A stretch of DNA of 64,000 bases. Origin: an uncultured Verrucomicrobiae bacterium (lineage in GTDB: Bacteria; Verrucomicrobiota; Verrucomicrobiia; Chthoniobacterales; UBA10450). Positions 32,586 through 42,533 of the stretch are shown here, piece by piece. Position 1 is the first letter of the stretch. Every line of letters begins with the position of its first letter. The translations under genes and the position numbers were made by a program. Below the pieces are notes generated by a model. That model saw nothing but the letters and a program-made list of their open reading frames with translations. It was not told the DNA's origin and did not search any database. The stretch covers positions 449,693 to 513,692 of the forward strand of contig CAVTMK010000003.1 of NCBI GenBank assembly GCA_963735805.1, given 5' to 3'.

Positions 32586-33551
32586 ATGAAAGCGCAATTT
32601 CCAGACGAGCAGACCAAGTCCGGCGAATTCCAGCGGCAGACCGACGCGTTTCGCAAATGGATATCGAACGATGGCTCAACCCCCTATCCCGCCGTGGCGG
32701 GTCGGTATCATCTCTATGTTTCGCTAGCCTGTCCGTGGGCCAGTCGAACAGTCATTTTTCGAAAATTAAAAGGGCTCGAACAAGCGATCGGCATGACAAT
32801 TGTCGATCCGATCCGGGACGAGAATGGCTGGGCTTTTCGCGATCCAAGTGGCAAAACTCCGCCAGGCGCGCCATTTGAATCGACCGATCCGATTAACGGT
32901 TTCCAGTTTCTGAGTGAAGCATACAAGGCAACCGACCCAGACTACGGCGAGCGCGTGACCGTACCGGTGCTATGGGACAAGCAAACAAAAAAGATCGTGA
33001 ACAATTCAGAGGACGATATCTGCCGCATGTTTAACGACGTCTTTAATAGCTCTGCCAAAAACACGGACACCGATTATTTCCCGAAAGAGATCGAAGCCGA
33101 GCACGCGAAGCTCTGCAGTTTTCTGCACGACAACGTGAACAACGGCGTTTACCGCGCCGGTTTCGCCACGCGTCAGCGACCGTACGAGGTTGCCTGCCAC
33201 AAATTATTTGAGGCGCTCGATCAACTGGAGGAACGCTTGTCGAAGAGTCGTTTTCTTTTCGACAGCCGCATTGTCGAATCCGATTGGAGATTTTTCTGCA
33301 CGCTCGTCCGGTTCGACGTTGTTTATCACGGCCACTTCAAATGCAACCTGCGTCGTATCATCGATTATCCGAATCTGCAGGGATATCTGATGGATTTATA
33401 TCAGCAGCCAGGCATCAACGACACGGTCAATTTCGACCACATCAAGCGTCACTACTATATGACGCATACTCAAATTAATCCGACCCGAATCGTTCCCCTC
33501 GGCCCGTTGCTTGATCTTGGGAAACCGCACAATCGCGAGCGGTTGGGATAG
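32586..33551 (+). CDS. Glutathionyl-hydroquinone reductase (GST Xi / YqjG family)
   Basis: YVSLACPWA, TVPVLWD, NNGVYRAGFA, HFKCN, HIKRHYY. Confidence 0.92.
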   Translation: MKAQFPDEQTKSGEFQRQTDAFRKWISNDGSTPYPAVAGRYHLYVSLACPWASRTVIFRKLKGLEQAIGMTIVDPIRDENGWAFRDPSGKTPPGAPFESTDPINGFQFLSEAYKATDPDYGERVTVPVLWDKQTKKIVNNSEDDICRMFNDVFNSSAKNTDTDYFPKEIEAEHAKLCSFLHDNVNNGVYRAGFATRQRPYEVACHKLFEALDQLEERLSKSRFLFDSRIVESDWRFFCTLVRFDVVYHGHFKCNLRRIIDYPNLQGYLMDLYQQPGINDTVNFDHIKRHYYMTHTQINPTRIVPLGPLLDLGKPHNRERLG

Positions 33552-33568
33552 CGCGATTTCTCAAATCT

Positions 33569-33645
33569 TGTGGCCACCGGCCTGTTGCCGATCACCTTGG
33601 CGCTGCGTTGTACATCAGGTAGATGGCCCGCAGGGCCGTGGCTAC
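33569..33645. repeat. Degenerate REP-like element between convergent genes
   Basis: TGTGGCCACCGGCCTGT...GCAGGGCCGTGGCTAC. Confidence 0.55.
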
Positions 33646-33668
33646 GGCGCCAACTCGCCCTGGAAAAT

Positions 33669-34994
33669 TCACGCCGCCGTTCGGTGAGCGTCGTGCCTTG
33701 CTCTCCAGAAGGCCTCGATCTGCTCCAGGGTGCGCCCCTTCGTTTCAGGAACGAAATAATAAGCAAAAAGCCACGACGCCACTGAAGCGAGTGCATAGAG
33801 AAAGAATGTTGAGCTGGCACCGAGTTTCTCAACCAATGTGAGAAAGGTAAGCGAGACGATCAGATTGGAACCCCAGTTGAACGTCGCCGCCGTCCCTTCG
33901 GCTAGGCCGCGAATTTTTAGCGGATAAATCTCGGCGATCAACAACCAAAAGATCGGTCCGAGGCTGATTGCAAATGAAGCGACGTAACCCATCAGGCAAA
34001 TCACAGTCATCCAGGCAAGTTGTTCCGAAGGATACCGGAAACTTAAACCGAGCAAGCAAAGCGTGATGATCATTCCGGCAACTCCGACGAGCAACAGGGG
34101 CCGGCGACCCGCGCGATCCACTAAAAACATCGCGACGATTGTCATGGCGACATTTACGACGCCGACACCCACCGTCGCCAGAATTGCACCGGAAGCGGAA
34201 TTGAATCCGGCAGCCTGAAGAATTTTGGGTGCATAATAAATCACCGTGTTGATACCGGTAACTTGTTGGAATATCGCGAGGCCGAGTCCAACGACGAGGG
34301 CTGGGCGGACTTGCGGACGCAGGAGATCCGTCCAGTGTCCGCTTTCAGCTTGCTGTGCCAGGCTCGTCTTAATTTCTTCGATCTCCACATTGACATCCGG
34401 AACGTCGCGGATGCGCACGAGAACGCGGTGCGCGACGTCATGATGACCGCCACGAATTAGCCAACGCGGAGTTTCCGGCAGAAAAAACATTCCGGTACCA
34501 AAGACTAGCGCTGGTACGACAGCAAGGCCCAGCATCCATCTCCAACCCTCGCTGCCGGCAAAAGCGTAATCGGTCAGATACGCAACGACGATGCCGACGG
34601 TGACAGCGAGTTGAAAGAGCGATACAACCCAGCCGCGTGCCTGCGGAGGCGCGACTTCGGACAGATAAACTGGGACATTTGTCGAGGCGAGACCGATCGC
34701 CAAACCGAGAACGACACGGCTGACGATCAGGATCGCAGGCGACGGTGCGACGGCGCTGGTAAGCGCGCCGATCCCAAAGATCGCGGCCGTCAGCAGCAAA
34801 ACTCTTCGTCTTCCGAAAAGATCGGCCGCCTTGCCGCCGACAACGGCGCCGATCGTCGCTCCCAACAACACGCCGCTAACGACAATTTCCTCGGCGAAAG
34901 TTGTCAGGCCAAACTCGCGTTTGATGAAAATGAGCGCACCTGAGATGACGCCGGTGTCGTAGCCGAATAGAAGACCGCCCAACGCGGCGAACAA
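33669..34994 (-). CDS. Sugar porter family MFS transporter (true start probably ~35052 with an indel)
   Basis: GGLLFGYDTGVISGA, DLFGRR, PETPRW, QQVTGIN, PETKG. Confidence 0.93.
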   Translation of the reverse strand: MFAALGGLLFGYDTGVISGALIFIKREFGLTTFAEEIVVSGVLLGATIGAVVGGKAADLFGRRRVLLLTAAIFGIGALTSAVAPSPAILIVSRVVLGLAIGLASTNVPVYLSEVAPPQARGWVVSLFQLAVTVGIVVAYLTDYAFAGSEGWRWMLGLAVVPALVFGTGMFFLPETPRWLIRGGHHDVAHRVLVRIRDVPDVNVEIEEIKTSLAQQAESGHWTDLLRPQVRPALVVGLGLAIFQQVTGINTVIYYAPKILQAAGFNSASGAILATVGVGVVNVAMTIVAMFLVDRAGRRPLLLVGVAGMIITLCLLGLSFRYPSEQLAWMTVICLMGYVASFAISLGPIFWLLIAEIYPLKIRGLAEGTAATFNWGSNLIVSLTFLTLVEKLGASSTFFLYALASVASWLFAYYFVPETKGRTLEQIEAFWRARHDAHRTAA

Positions 34995-35180
34995 TGCTGC
35001 TATGTAAACGAACTTCGTGCCACGCAGGTGTCTATTCGCTCAACGCTGCCATGCCTTTGTCCGCCACGTTTTCGATCTTACTCGGTCGTAGGACAGCGAG
35101 AAGCATTTGATCGCTGATTGCCGGAAGAAATTAGACGGAATGGCAATTCCGGTGTACGGGTTCCCCGGGCGACGGCAAAA

Positions 35181-35573
35181 ATGAACGACGATCGGACGAA
35201 AGATTCATATGCTGGTAAAAGTTTGCGAATTCTGGTGGTCGAAGACCACTTCGATACCCTGCAAGCGTTATCCAACCTGCTCACGCATTTCGGGCACGAA
35301 ATTTCAGTCGCCGATGGTGCCGAGAGCGCTCGGAAAATTATCCACTCAAAAGAGTTCGATGTCGTTCTCGCCGATATCGCTCTGCCGGATGGCAGCGGTT
35401 ATGATCTGGTTGCCGAGGCGAAGCGCAAACGACCCATAAAGGCCGTGGCGCTTACTGGATTTGGGGCGCCCGACGACATTGAGCGCGGCAGGGAAGCCGG
35501 ATTCGATTTTCACCTGACCAAACCAGTGGACTTTCACGAGCTGCGCGCGGTTCTCGGCCAGATCGCTGCCTAG
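35181..35573 (+). CDS. Single-domain response regulator
   Basis: ILVVEDH, LADIALPDGSG, ALTG, HLTKP. Confidence 0.9.
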   Translation: MNDDRTKDSYAGKSLRILVVEDHFDTLQALSNLLTHFGHEISVADGAESARKIIHSKEFDVVLADIALPDGSGYDLVAEAKRKRPIKAVALTGFGAPDDIERGREAGFDFHLTKPVDFHELRAVLGQIAA

Positions 35574-35600
35574 CACGGAAAATGTCGCATCGGAGCCCGG

Positions 35601-37730
35601 TCACTTCGAGACTTTCATCTCCAGTTCCTTGACCAGAAAGGCCCAGCGGTCGGCGGTTTCTTCAATGATTTTGGTTGTCGGTTTGCCGGCGCCGTGACCG
35701 GCTTTCGTTTCGATTCGAATCAAAGTCGGCTTGTCGCAGCCTTGCGCTGCCTGAAGAGTCGCGGCGAATTTGAAACTGTGCGCCGGGACTACGCGATCGT
35801 CGTGATCTGCCGTCGTGATAAGCGTCGCCGGATAACAACAGCCCTTCGTGATGTGATGCAGAGGCGAGTACGCGTAGAGATACGCGAAGTCATCCGGCTT
35901 CTCGGCGCTCCCATAATCAGATGTCCAGGCCCAGCCAATGGTAAATTTCTGGAAACGCAGCATGTCCATGACGCCAACATTTGGCAAAGCCGCACCGAAA
36001 AGGTCGGGACGTTGCGTCATGCACGCGCCGACGAGCAATCCACCGTTGCTGCCGCCGCCGATCGCGAGCTTCGGTGTCGATGTAAACTTGTTATCGACTA
36101 AATACTGAGCGGCGGCGATGAAATCATCGAACACGTTTTGCTTCGTGTGAAGCATTCCGGCCTCGTGCCATTTCTCGCCGTACTCGCCGCCGCCGCGCAG
36201 ATTGGCAACGGCGTAAATGCCGCCCATTTCCATCCACACGAGATTGGCGGGCGAGAACGACGGCGTGCTGGAAATATCGAAACCGCCATAACCATAAAGG
36301 TAAGCCGGTGTCCGGCCGTCCCGCTTCATTCCTTTCTTGTATGAGATAAACATCGGGACGCGCGTGCCATCGGCGCTTTGATAAAAGACCTGTTCAGTGG
36401 TGTAATCATCAGGACTAAATTTCACGGTCGGCTTGAACAACAACTCGCTGGCGCGCTTGTCGAAATCGTAGCGGAAGATTTCCGCCGGCGTGGTGAAACT
36501 CGTAAACGAGTAAAACGTTTCGCGGTCTTTGCGTTTTCCGCTGAACCCCGCAGCGGTGCCAAGCTCCGGCAGCGCGATCTCGCCGTCAGGCGATCCGTCC
36601 CGTTTAAACAATTTCACTGCGCTGTGCGCGTCCTTTAAATAGACCACAACGAAGTGCTCGCCGACCGAACTGACCGCTTCGAGTTTATCTCTCGATTCTG
36701 GAACTAGCTCCTCAACCTTTGGTGGCAACGGTTTGCTGGTGTCGATGGAAATGATACGGCCGAGCGGCGCATCCAGGTTCGTCCGGAACATAAACACCGG
36801 CCCTTCGTTATCGATGAAATCGTACTCGGCGTCGGCCTTGTCCAGCAGCTCAACGACTTTGGACTTCGGGTCGACCAGGTTTTTGTAAAAGATGCGGTTC
36901 TTTGGATCGGTACCGCGCTGCACAGAAATGATGAGATAGCGGCCATCGTCGGTGACTTCAGCATTGAAAAGCCATTCCTTCTGATCAGGCCGCTCATAGA
37001 TCAGTTTGTCCTGTGACTGTGGCGTGCCGAGTTGGTGGAAGAAAAGTTTATGATTGTAAACCTGAGAACGAAGTTTGCTTTTCTCATCGGGCTTGTCGTA
37101 ACGACTGTAGAAAAATCCGCTGCCGTCTTTTTTCCACGAGGCGTTGGAGAATTTGACCCAGTCCACCAAATCCGGTCGATCCTTGCCGCTCTCCACATCG
37201 CGCACTTTCCATTGTTGCCAATCAGAGCCAGCAGTGGCCAGGCCATAAGCCATCAGCCGGGCGTCGTCAGTCACATCAAGTCCGCCCAGCGCGATCGTGC
37301 CATCCTTGGCCAGCAAATTTGGGTCAAGCAGTTCGTGCGACTTCTCGGAAAAATTCGTTGTGGTATAGATCACATTCTGATTTTGCAAACCCGTATTCTT
37401 CGAGAAGAAATAACGGCCGTCTTCCTTAAAAGGCACGCCGAAGCGTTGGTAATCCCATATTTCGGTTAGTCGTTTCTCAATTCCGCCGCGCTCCGGGATC
37501 GTTTTCAGAAAATCGAATGTGATCTTGTTTTCCGCTTCGATCCATGCCCGCGACTCGGGCGAGTCAGGATTTTCCAGGGGCCGGTACGGGTCCGCGACTC
37601 TTACGCCATTGTAGTCGTCGACCTGATTGCTTGTCGGCGCGGATGGATATTTAAGTTGATCCTGTGCGGCCGTCGCTTGGACGAGCGCTAACAGCCCTGC
37701 AGCCGCGAGCGCCAGAAATTTGAAATGCAT
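35601..37730 (-). CDS. Prolyl oligopeptidase (S9A), exported
   Basis: Signal peptide, YGYGGF, GGSNGG, DDRV, AGHGAGK. Confidence 0.95.
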   Translation of the reverse strand: MHFKFLALAAAGLLALVQATAAQDQLKYPSAPTSNQVDDYNGVRVADPYRPLENPDSPESRAWIEAENKITFDFLKTIPERGGIEKRLTEIWDYQRFGVPFKEDGRYFFSKNTGLQNQNVIYTTTNFSEKSHELLDPNLLAKDGTIALGGLDVTDDARLMAYGLATAGSDWQQWKVRDVESGKDRPDLVDWVKFSNASWKKDGSGFFYSRYDKPDEKSKLRSQVYNHKLFFHQLGTPQSQDKLIYERPDQKEWLFNAEVTDDGRYLIISVQRGTDPKNRIFYKNLVDPKSKVVELLDKADAEYDFIDNEGPVFMFRTNLDAPLGRIISIDTSKPLPPKVEELVPESRDKLEAVSSVGEHFVVVYLKDAHSAVKLFKRDGSPDGEIALPELGTAAGFSGKRKDRETFYSFTSFTTPAEIFRYDFDKRASELLFKPTVKFSPDDYTTEQVFYQSADGTRVPMFISYKKGMKRDGRTPAYLYGYGGFDISSTPSFSPANLVWMEMGGIYAVANLRGGGEYGEKWHEAGMLHTKQNVFDDFIAAAQYLVDNKFTSTPKLAIGGGSNGGLLVGACMTQRPDLFGAALPNVGVMDMLRFQKFTIGWAWTSDYGSAEKPDDFAYLYAYSPLHHITKGCCYPATLITTADHDDRVVPAHSFKFAATLQAAQGCDKPTLIRIETKAGHGAGKPTTKIIEETADRWAFLVKELEMKVSK

Positions 37731-38085
37731 AATTCCGGCAACTATGTCGACGCCGCCGAGCGAATCAATCGAGGCTCAGATGCATGAACGTACCCTGTGT
37801 GTCTCAGCCAGACAGGTACGCTCGCTACCTAATTGTCCGATTTTTGCTCGGGAATCGGACACCTGTTCTTCCCGAACAGCGGTATCTCGACGTCTCTAGC
37901 CTTGCTTTTGTAAACGATACGAAAACGTTTTTGTCACGCAGTTAACACGCACGTCAGGCGATATCCCACACAGACACTAGGCCTAGCCTAACTAGACAAC
38001 GTGCGTGCGGCTCTCCTATTAAACAACGCACTTAAACGGATCTGAATTAGGCAGAGGATCCTTCCTTTTCCAACCAAACTCACAT

Positions 38086-38682
38086 ATGAAAAAAGCGTTG
38101 GCCAAAAAATCCGGCAGCAAAGGCTGCGAAATCGAACCGCGTCACAACGAAAAAATCGACTTCTCTAAGTTCGAACCGGACCTCTCCGACAAAGATCTTG
38201 TGGCGCTCTATGGCATCCCTTTCCCGCCTCCGTTTTTTATCGCGATCGAAACGCTTAGCCCCGCAAAGACTGTCGGCCTCGGCGAAACGAACCTGACCAT
38301 CATTATGTCCACCATCGTGCAATTGGATGCGGCGACTCCTTACGCCAATTTCGATCTCACGCAGACGCCATCGCGCAATCCAACTATCCAGATGCATTTT
38401 TACCCCGCGGCTTACGGGATCACCGGCACTGGGAACTACATCATGGAATTCCGGATCGAAAGCTTCGGCCAAACCAACTTCAACCTTACGGGGTATGCCG
38501 GCACTGGCTCAGTGCAAAATGGTGGGGCGAAAGTCGTGAGCGGAAAGAAGACCCTTACTCTGGTGCTACAAAACGTGCCCGCATCCCAACTGACCTACTG
38601 CTACCTCGAACAAACCGGCGGCTCGGCCTGGAATTGGTATTCGAATCAAGTGCACTATCCGCCTTTCGTTTTCGAACCTTGA
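38086..38682 (+). CDS. Hypothetical beta-rich protein
   Basis: 198-aa ORF with ATG start and protein-like composition; no recognised motif. Confidence 0.6.
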   Translation: MKKALAKKSGSKGCEIEPRHNEKIDFSKFEPDLSDKDLVALYGIPFPPPFFIAIETLSPAKTVGLGETNLTIIMSTIVQLDAATPYANFDLTQTPSRNPTIQMHFYPAAYGITGTGNYIMEFRIESFGQTNFNLTGYAGTGSVQNGGAKVVSGKKTLTLVLQNVPASQLTYCYLEQTGGSAWNWYSNQVHYPPFVFEP

Positions 38683-38813
38683 AATAAATGCAATAACTAC
38701 CAACGCATCGGCGGGGCGTTCTTCATAAAAAGTGGCCTACCCTGTTAGATCCTTCCGCTTCCTTCGCAGTTCGGACAACTAGCCCGAGAAGCCAGACACA
38801 AGATCACGCTAAC

Positions 38814-38885
38814 CGTTCCCGGCGGGAATCGAACCCACATCTAAGGTTTAGGAAACCCTCGTTCTATCCGTTGAACTACGGGAAC
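38814..38885 (-). tRNA. tRNA-Arg (anticodon CCT)
   Basis: GTTCCCG/CGGGAAC acceptor stem, TAGTTCAACGGATAGAAC D-arm, TTCCTAA anticodon loop, GGTTCGATTCC T-arm; CCA not encoded. Confidence 0.93.
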
Positions 38886-38940
38886 AAATACCTAATTGAT
38901 AGCTATTTATGTAAAATCGACAGATTGAGCAATTTTATTG

Positions 38941-38963
38941 TTGCCATTTAAGTGCCAGATATG
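38941..38963. repeat. 23-bp site with an inverted copy at 42207-42229 (candidate integrase arm site)
   Basis: TTGCCATTTAAGTGCCAGATATG versus CATATCTGGCAATTAAGTGGCAA, 21/23 match when inverted. Confidence 0.75.
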
Positions 38964-38976
38964 CGACCTTGCGCGC

Positions 38977-40227
38977 ATGGAACTGCCAGTTGGCGTCATA
39001 CGAAGAAAACGTCGCCGATCGCACGCGTTAAAGGTAGTTCGTGAACGCTTGAACGGGAAGTACAGATTCAAACTTGCGGGATATTACGTTGATGGAAAAC
39101 GCGTGCGGAAATATTTCGAAACACGTGAATCCGCGGAGACTTTCGTTGAGGCGGAGAAGATTCGACGCGAAAATCTCGGGAAGAGAGCAACGCACATCGA
39201 TGGAGCGTTGGCAGAAGATGCCGTGCGCGCCTTGGATACGCTCAAATCGACGCCCTATACATTGTTCGATGCGGCGCGTATCGTCGCGCAGGCCCATACA
39301 AAGCTGGAACCCTTTTCGGTTCGCATCGATGACGCGATCGATGAGCATGTCGCCGCCATCGAGCGAAGAAATCGCAGCGCGAGCGTCAACGATTCAGTCG
39401 ACCAATTTATCGCGAACCGGAGAGCAAAGGGCAAAAGCGAAATTTACATCCGTGATCTTGAAACGCGGTTGGGACGATTTAAGACCGCGATGGGTAAGCA
39501 ACTCGTGGCCGATATCACGAGCACCGATGTCGATCAGTGGATTCAATCCTTGAATGTCGGGCCGCAGACACAAAATAATTTTCGGGCGGTGCTAAGTGCA
39601 GCGTGGACATTTGCGCTGCGCCACGGCTACACAACGGCAAACATCATTAAGTGGGTCGATAAATCGCAGGTCGTCCGCGATTATGTCGCGACTTTTTCCG
39701 TTGCACAGCTCGGCAGATTACTCGCGGTGGCGGCGCGAGAATATGTCCCGGTGTTGGCGATCGGAGCTTTCGCGGGGCTACGCCCTGAGGAAATTAATAA
39801 ACTTCGATGGGAGGACCTCGATTTTCAGGAACGCACGATCCGTGTGAATGCGAGCGCGGCGAAAACGCGAAAAAAAAGGTTCGCGGAGATTTCTGATAAT
39901 CTTCTGGCTTGGCTTCAACTGTATACGGGCCGATCCGGTCCCGTGGCGCCGCCCAACCTTCAGAAATTACGACGAGCTGCGATGACGGCTGCCACGATCG
40001 AAAAGTGGCCTCAGGATGTGCTGCGCCACTCCTTTGCAAGCGCCCATTATGCTTTCCACAGGAATCCGGCTCAGACGGCGTTGTTACTGGGCCACCGCGA
40101 TCAGGACATGTTATTGACTCACTATCGCGATTTAATGAAGCCAAGTGAGGCCGCCAAATATTGGCAGATTGCTCCGGAAACGACAAATGATGCAAAGATC
40201 GTACCCCTGAACAGCGGGTACGCGTAA
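38977..40227 (+). CDS. Tyrosine recombinase / phage-type integrase
   Basis: FAGLRPEEI (R), AKTR (K), VLRHS, LLGH, THY catalytic pattern; adjacent to a tRNA. Confidence 0.93.
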   Translation: MELPVGVIRRKRRRSHALKVVRERLNGKYRFKLAGYYVDGKRVRKYFETRESAETFVEAEKIRRENLGKRATHIDGALAEDAVRALDTLKSTPYTLFDAARIVAQAHTKLEPFSVRIDDAIDEHVAAIERRNRSASVNDSVDQFIANRRAKGKSEIYIRDLETRLGRFKTAMGKQLVADITSTDVDQWIQSLNVGPQTQNNFRAVLSAAWTFALRHGYTTANIIKWVDKSQVVRDYVATFSVAQLGRLLAVAAREYVPVLAIGAFAGLRPEEINKLRWEDLDFQERTIRVNASAAKTRKKRFAEISDNLLAWLQLYTGRSGPVAPPNLQKLRRAAMTAATIEKWPQDVLRHSFASAHYAFHRNPAQTALLLGHRDQDMLLTHYRDLMKPSEAAKYWQIAPETTNDAKIVPLNSGYA

Positions 40228-40261
40228 CAAAATTGAGGGAACGAGGGGACTGGAGGGAAAA

Positions 40262-41659
40262 GTGAACAGACCTAAGGATGATAGCGATTCGTTTGAGTTA
40301 CAGGTACAGCGTCGGGAAACACGAGCACGATTGATCAACCTGGCGGCGCGCAAAGGTATTCGGACAGCTGATCGTGAAGATATTGCCTCGGCAGTGATTG
40401 AGGAGGCGATTCGCTGCCAAGCAAAATACGATCCACGCCGCGGATCTTTCCCCTCGTGGATTATGGCGATCGGTAAAAATGTTATCTGGGCCCATCTTCG
40501 AAAACAGAACGCTCAGAAGAGAAAACCAGAGGGTGGAACAATCTCATTCGATGCGGAATCAACCATTGATGACCAATATGAACCGAAGAATACACCCGGA
40601 GCGGACCGCAGGTCGTCGGAAGAGATCGAACACCTTATCGAGACTGCGAACCTTTCCGAAAAAGAACAGAAAGCTATAGCCTCGCGCCTCGATAGAAAAG
40701 GCAAGAAGCCCAGCATAAAATTTAGTTCTTCAACCGGTCGTCGCGCGACGCGAAAAATGAGGCAGGTAAGGGCCGATGAAGAATTCCATCAATCCCCGCA
40801 AGGTCCGGATGCTTCAGAGTGTGCGTACGGGAACATTCCCGCGGCTGAAAGAAGCGCTGCAGTTTTATTCGACCAGCTACGCCGAACGAAATGGTTTGTT
40901 GATGCGATTGGTGACTGGAGAAAATCTGCGGAATGGAGTGACGCCCGAGCTTTTTTACAAGAGCAAACGGCTCTCAAGAGGTCTCCGCTGAGAATATTGA
41001 ATCAGCATTGGTCCGAGCGACTCCGGGGTTACCGCCAAGCGGCTTATGACCGAAACGACATGCTTCACCGACAATTCGAAGCCGCCGTGGATATCACTCT
41101 TGCATTTCCGGAATGGCCGACGGTGGGATATTGCCAGCTTCCCCCGGACGAACGGTGTAAACGGTTGCAAGAGTTTGGTTGGACATTCCGCGCGGAACCT
41201 TTCTGGGAAATCACGGAACCAACCTTCGAGGTTTTCGCCGCGGCCGCAGACGAAGGTCAACAACCGGTCACGACCTTGGGTGAGTTTCTCGAATACCTTA
41301 ACAAATCACCCAAGACAGGCATCGATGTTCGTTCGTCGACACACCTGGTTCGAATCGATTGGCGCTACCCGATGAAAACGATAACGGCTTCGTTCAAGAG
41401 ATGGGCTGAAAAGAATCGAAAGCGCCCGTCACGCGAGATTCCGCAGGCTGGCCGTGCGGCAACGACGCTTTTAGCGGGCTTTGCCGGTATTCGGTTGATT
41501 GATGATTTCGGACTCTCTCTGGGTCAGGCGATGTCTTGGTTAAAGGAGCGATATGGTGGGCCGATCCCGAAAACTCCCGAAAGGCTCGAGCGTGCGGTGC
41601 GAGCCGCTCGGGACGGCTTGAAAGGCTTTCTACCGCCACCCGTGGAAATCGGACTCTAA
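40262..41659 (+). CDS. Protein with an N-terminal ECF-sigma region-2-like domain and a long unknown C-terminus
   Basis: REDIAS...KYDPRRGSFPSWIMAIGKNVIWAHLRK, then LSEKEQKAI. Confidence 0.65.
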   Translation: MNRPKDDSDSFELQVQRRETRARLINLAARKGIRTADREDIASAVIEEAIRCQAKYDPRRGSFPSWIMAIGKNVIWAHLRKQNAQKRKPEGGTISFDAESTIDDQYEPKNTPGADRRSSEEIEHLIETANLSEKEQKAIASRLDRKGKKPSIKFSSSTGRRATRKMRQVRADEEFHQSPQGPDASECAYGNIPAAERSAAVLFDQLRRTKWFVDAIGDWRKSAEWSDARAFLQEQTALKRSPLRILNQHWSERLRGYRQAAYDRNDMLHRQFEAAVDITLAFPEWPTVGYCQLPPDERCKRLQEFGWTFRAEPFWEITEPTFEVFAAAADEGQQPVTTLGEFLEYLNKSPKTGIDVRSSTHLVRIDWRYPMKTITASFKRWAEKNRKRPSREIPQAGRAATTLLAGFAGIRLIDDFGLSLGQAMSWLKERYGGPIPKTPERLERAVRAARDGLKGFLPPPVEIGL

Positions 41660-41703
41660 TTTCCGGCGGTCACAAATGGGGTTCATTGGCAAATAAAGCC
41701 AAT

Positions 41704-41904
41704 GTGGTTCAACTGCGTTCAACTCCAATACTCACGCGGCGCGGTCTGGCCGATCGATATAGAATCAGCGTTCGAACCGTCGATCGCTGGGTCGCTTCGC
41801 GTCTGATCCCGACAATTCGGGTGGGACGCTGCTTGAGATTTGATGTCGCCCAATGCGACGCCGCACTACGTCGCTTCACAATCGAAGAGGTCACGAAACC
41901 GTGA
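41704..41904 (+). CDS. Excisionase-like HTH (HTH_17) protein
   Basis: LTRRGLADRYRISVRTVDRWVASRLIPTIRVGRCLRFD. Confidence 0.82.
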   Translation: MVQLRSTPILTRRGLADRYRISVRTVDRWVASRLIPTIRVGRCLRFDVAQCDAALRRFTIEEVTKP

Positions 41905-42533
41905 ACACAACGCCGCGTATTTTTTTGTTTGGTAAACCCAGCTGGCACTCATGAAAGCCTCTACCGATTCTTTCTACCGAATGCGGCAACCACAAGTACG
42001 CGCTGCATGCCGAGTAATAGCACCCTCGATGACGCGCGAATCCTATACCTGCATAAAAAAAGACGAGTCCCGCGATACCGGTGTAGCAACGGAAAAAAAA
42101 GCAGCAAAAGTCAACGCAGATGGGAAACCGGAAACGGGGCAAATCGCCCCGGCGCGACGTGCAAGCCCGATTCCGAACGCAATCGCAACATCGATTGATA
42201 TCGAGTCATATCTGGCAATTAAGTGGCAATCAGTGAGGAGCGAGGGCGGTTTTACCTGCAGAGACCGCAGGTTTCCTACTCCTCCTTCGCAGCCGCGAAA
42301 TAACGGAGAAAAAGGCGGTTTACTGACGACCAGTCACGTGTTTTGGCCTAACGAAGGAAGGCAGTGTGGCTTCCTGCTACCGATTCGGCTACCGAATCCC
42401 AACTTTCTCGCATCTAAACGCAACAGAGTAGGACGGGAGGGGGGCGGGGCTCAACCAGACGGAGCCGACCAAATCCCTGTATCGATCAGGTGGCTCAGAA
42501 AATTTGCTGCAAAGGGGCGGCTGCCCGGACACT

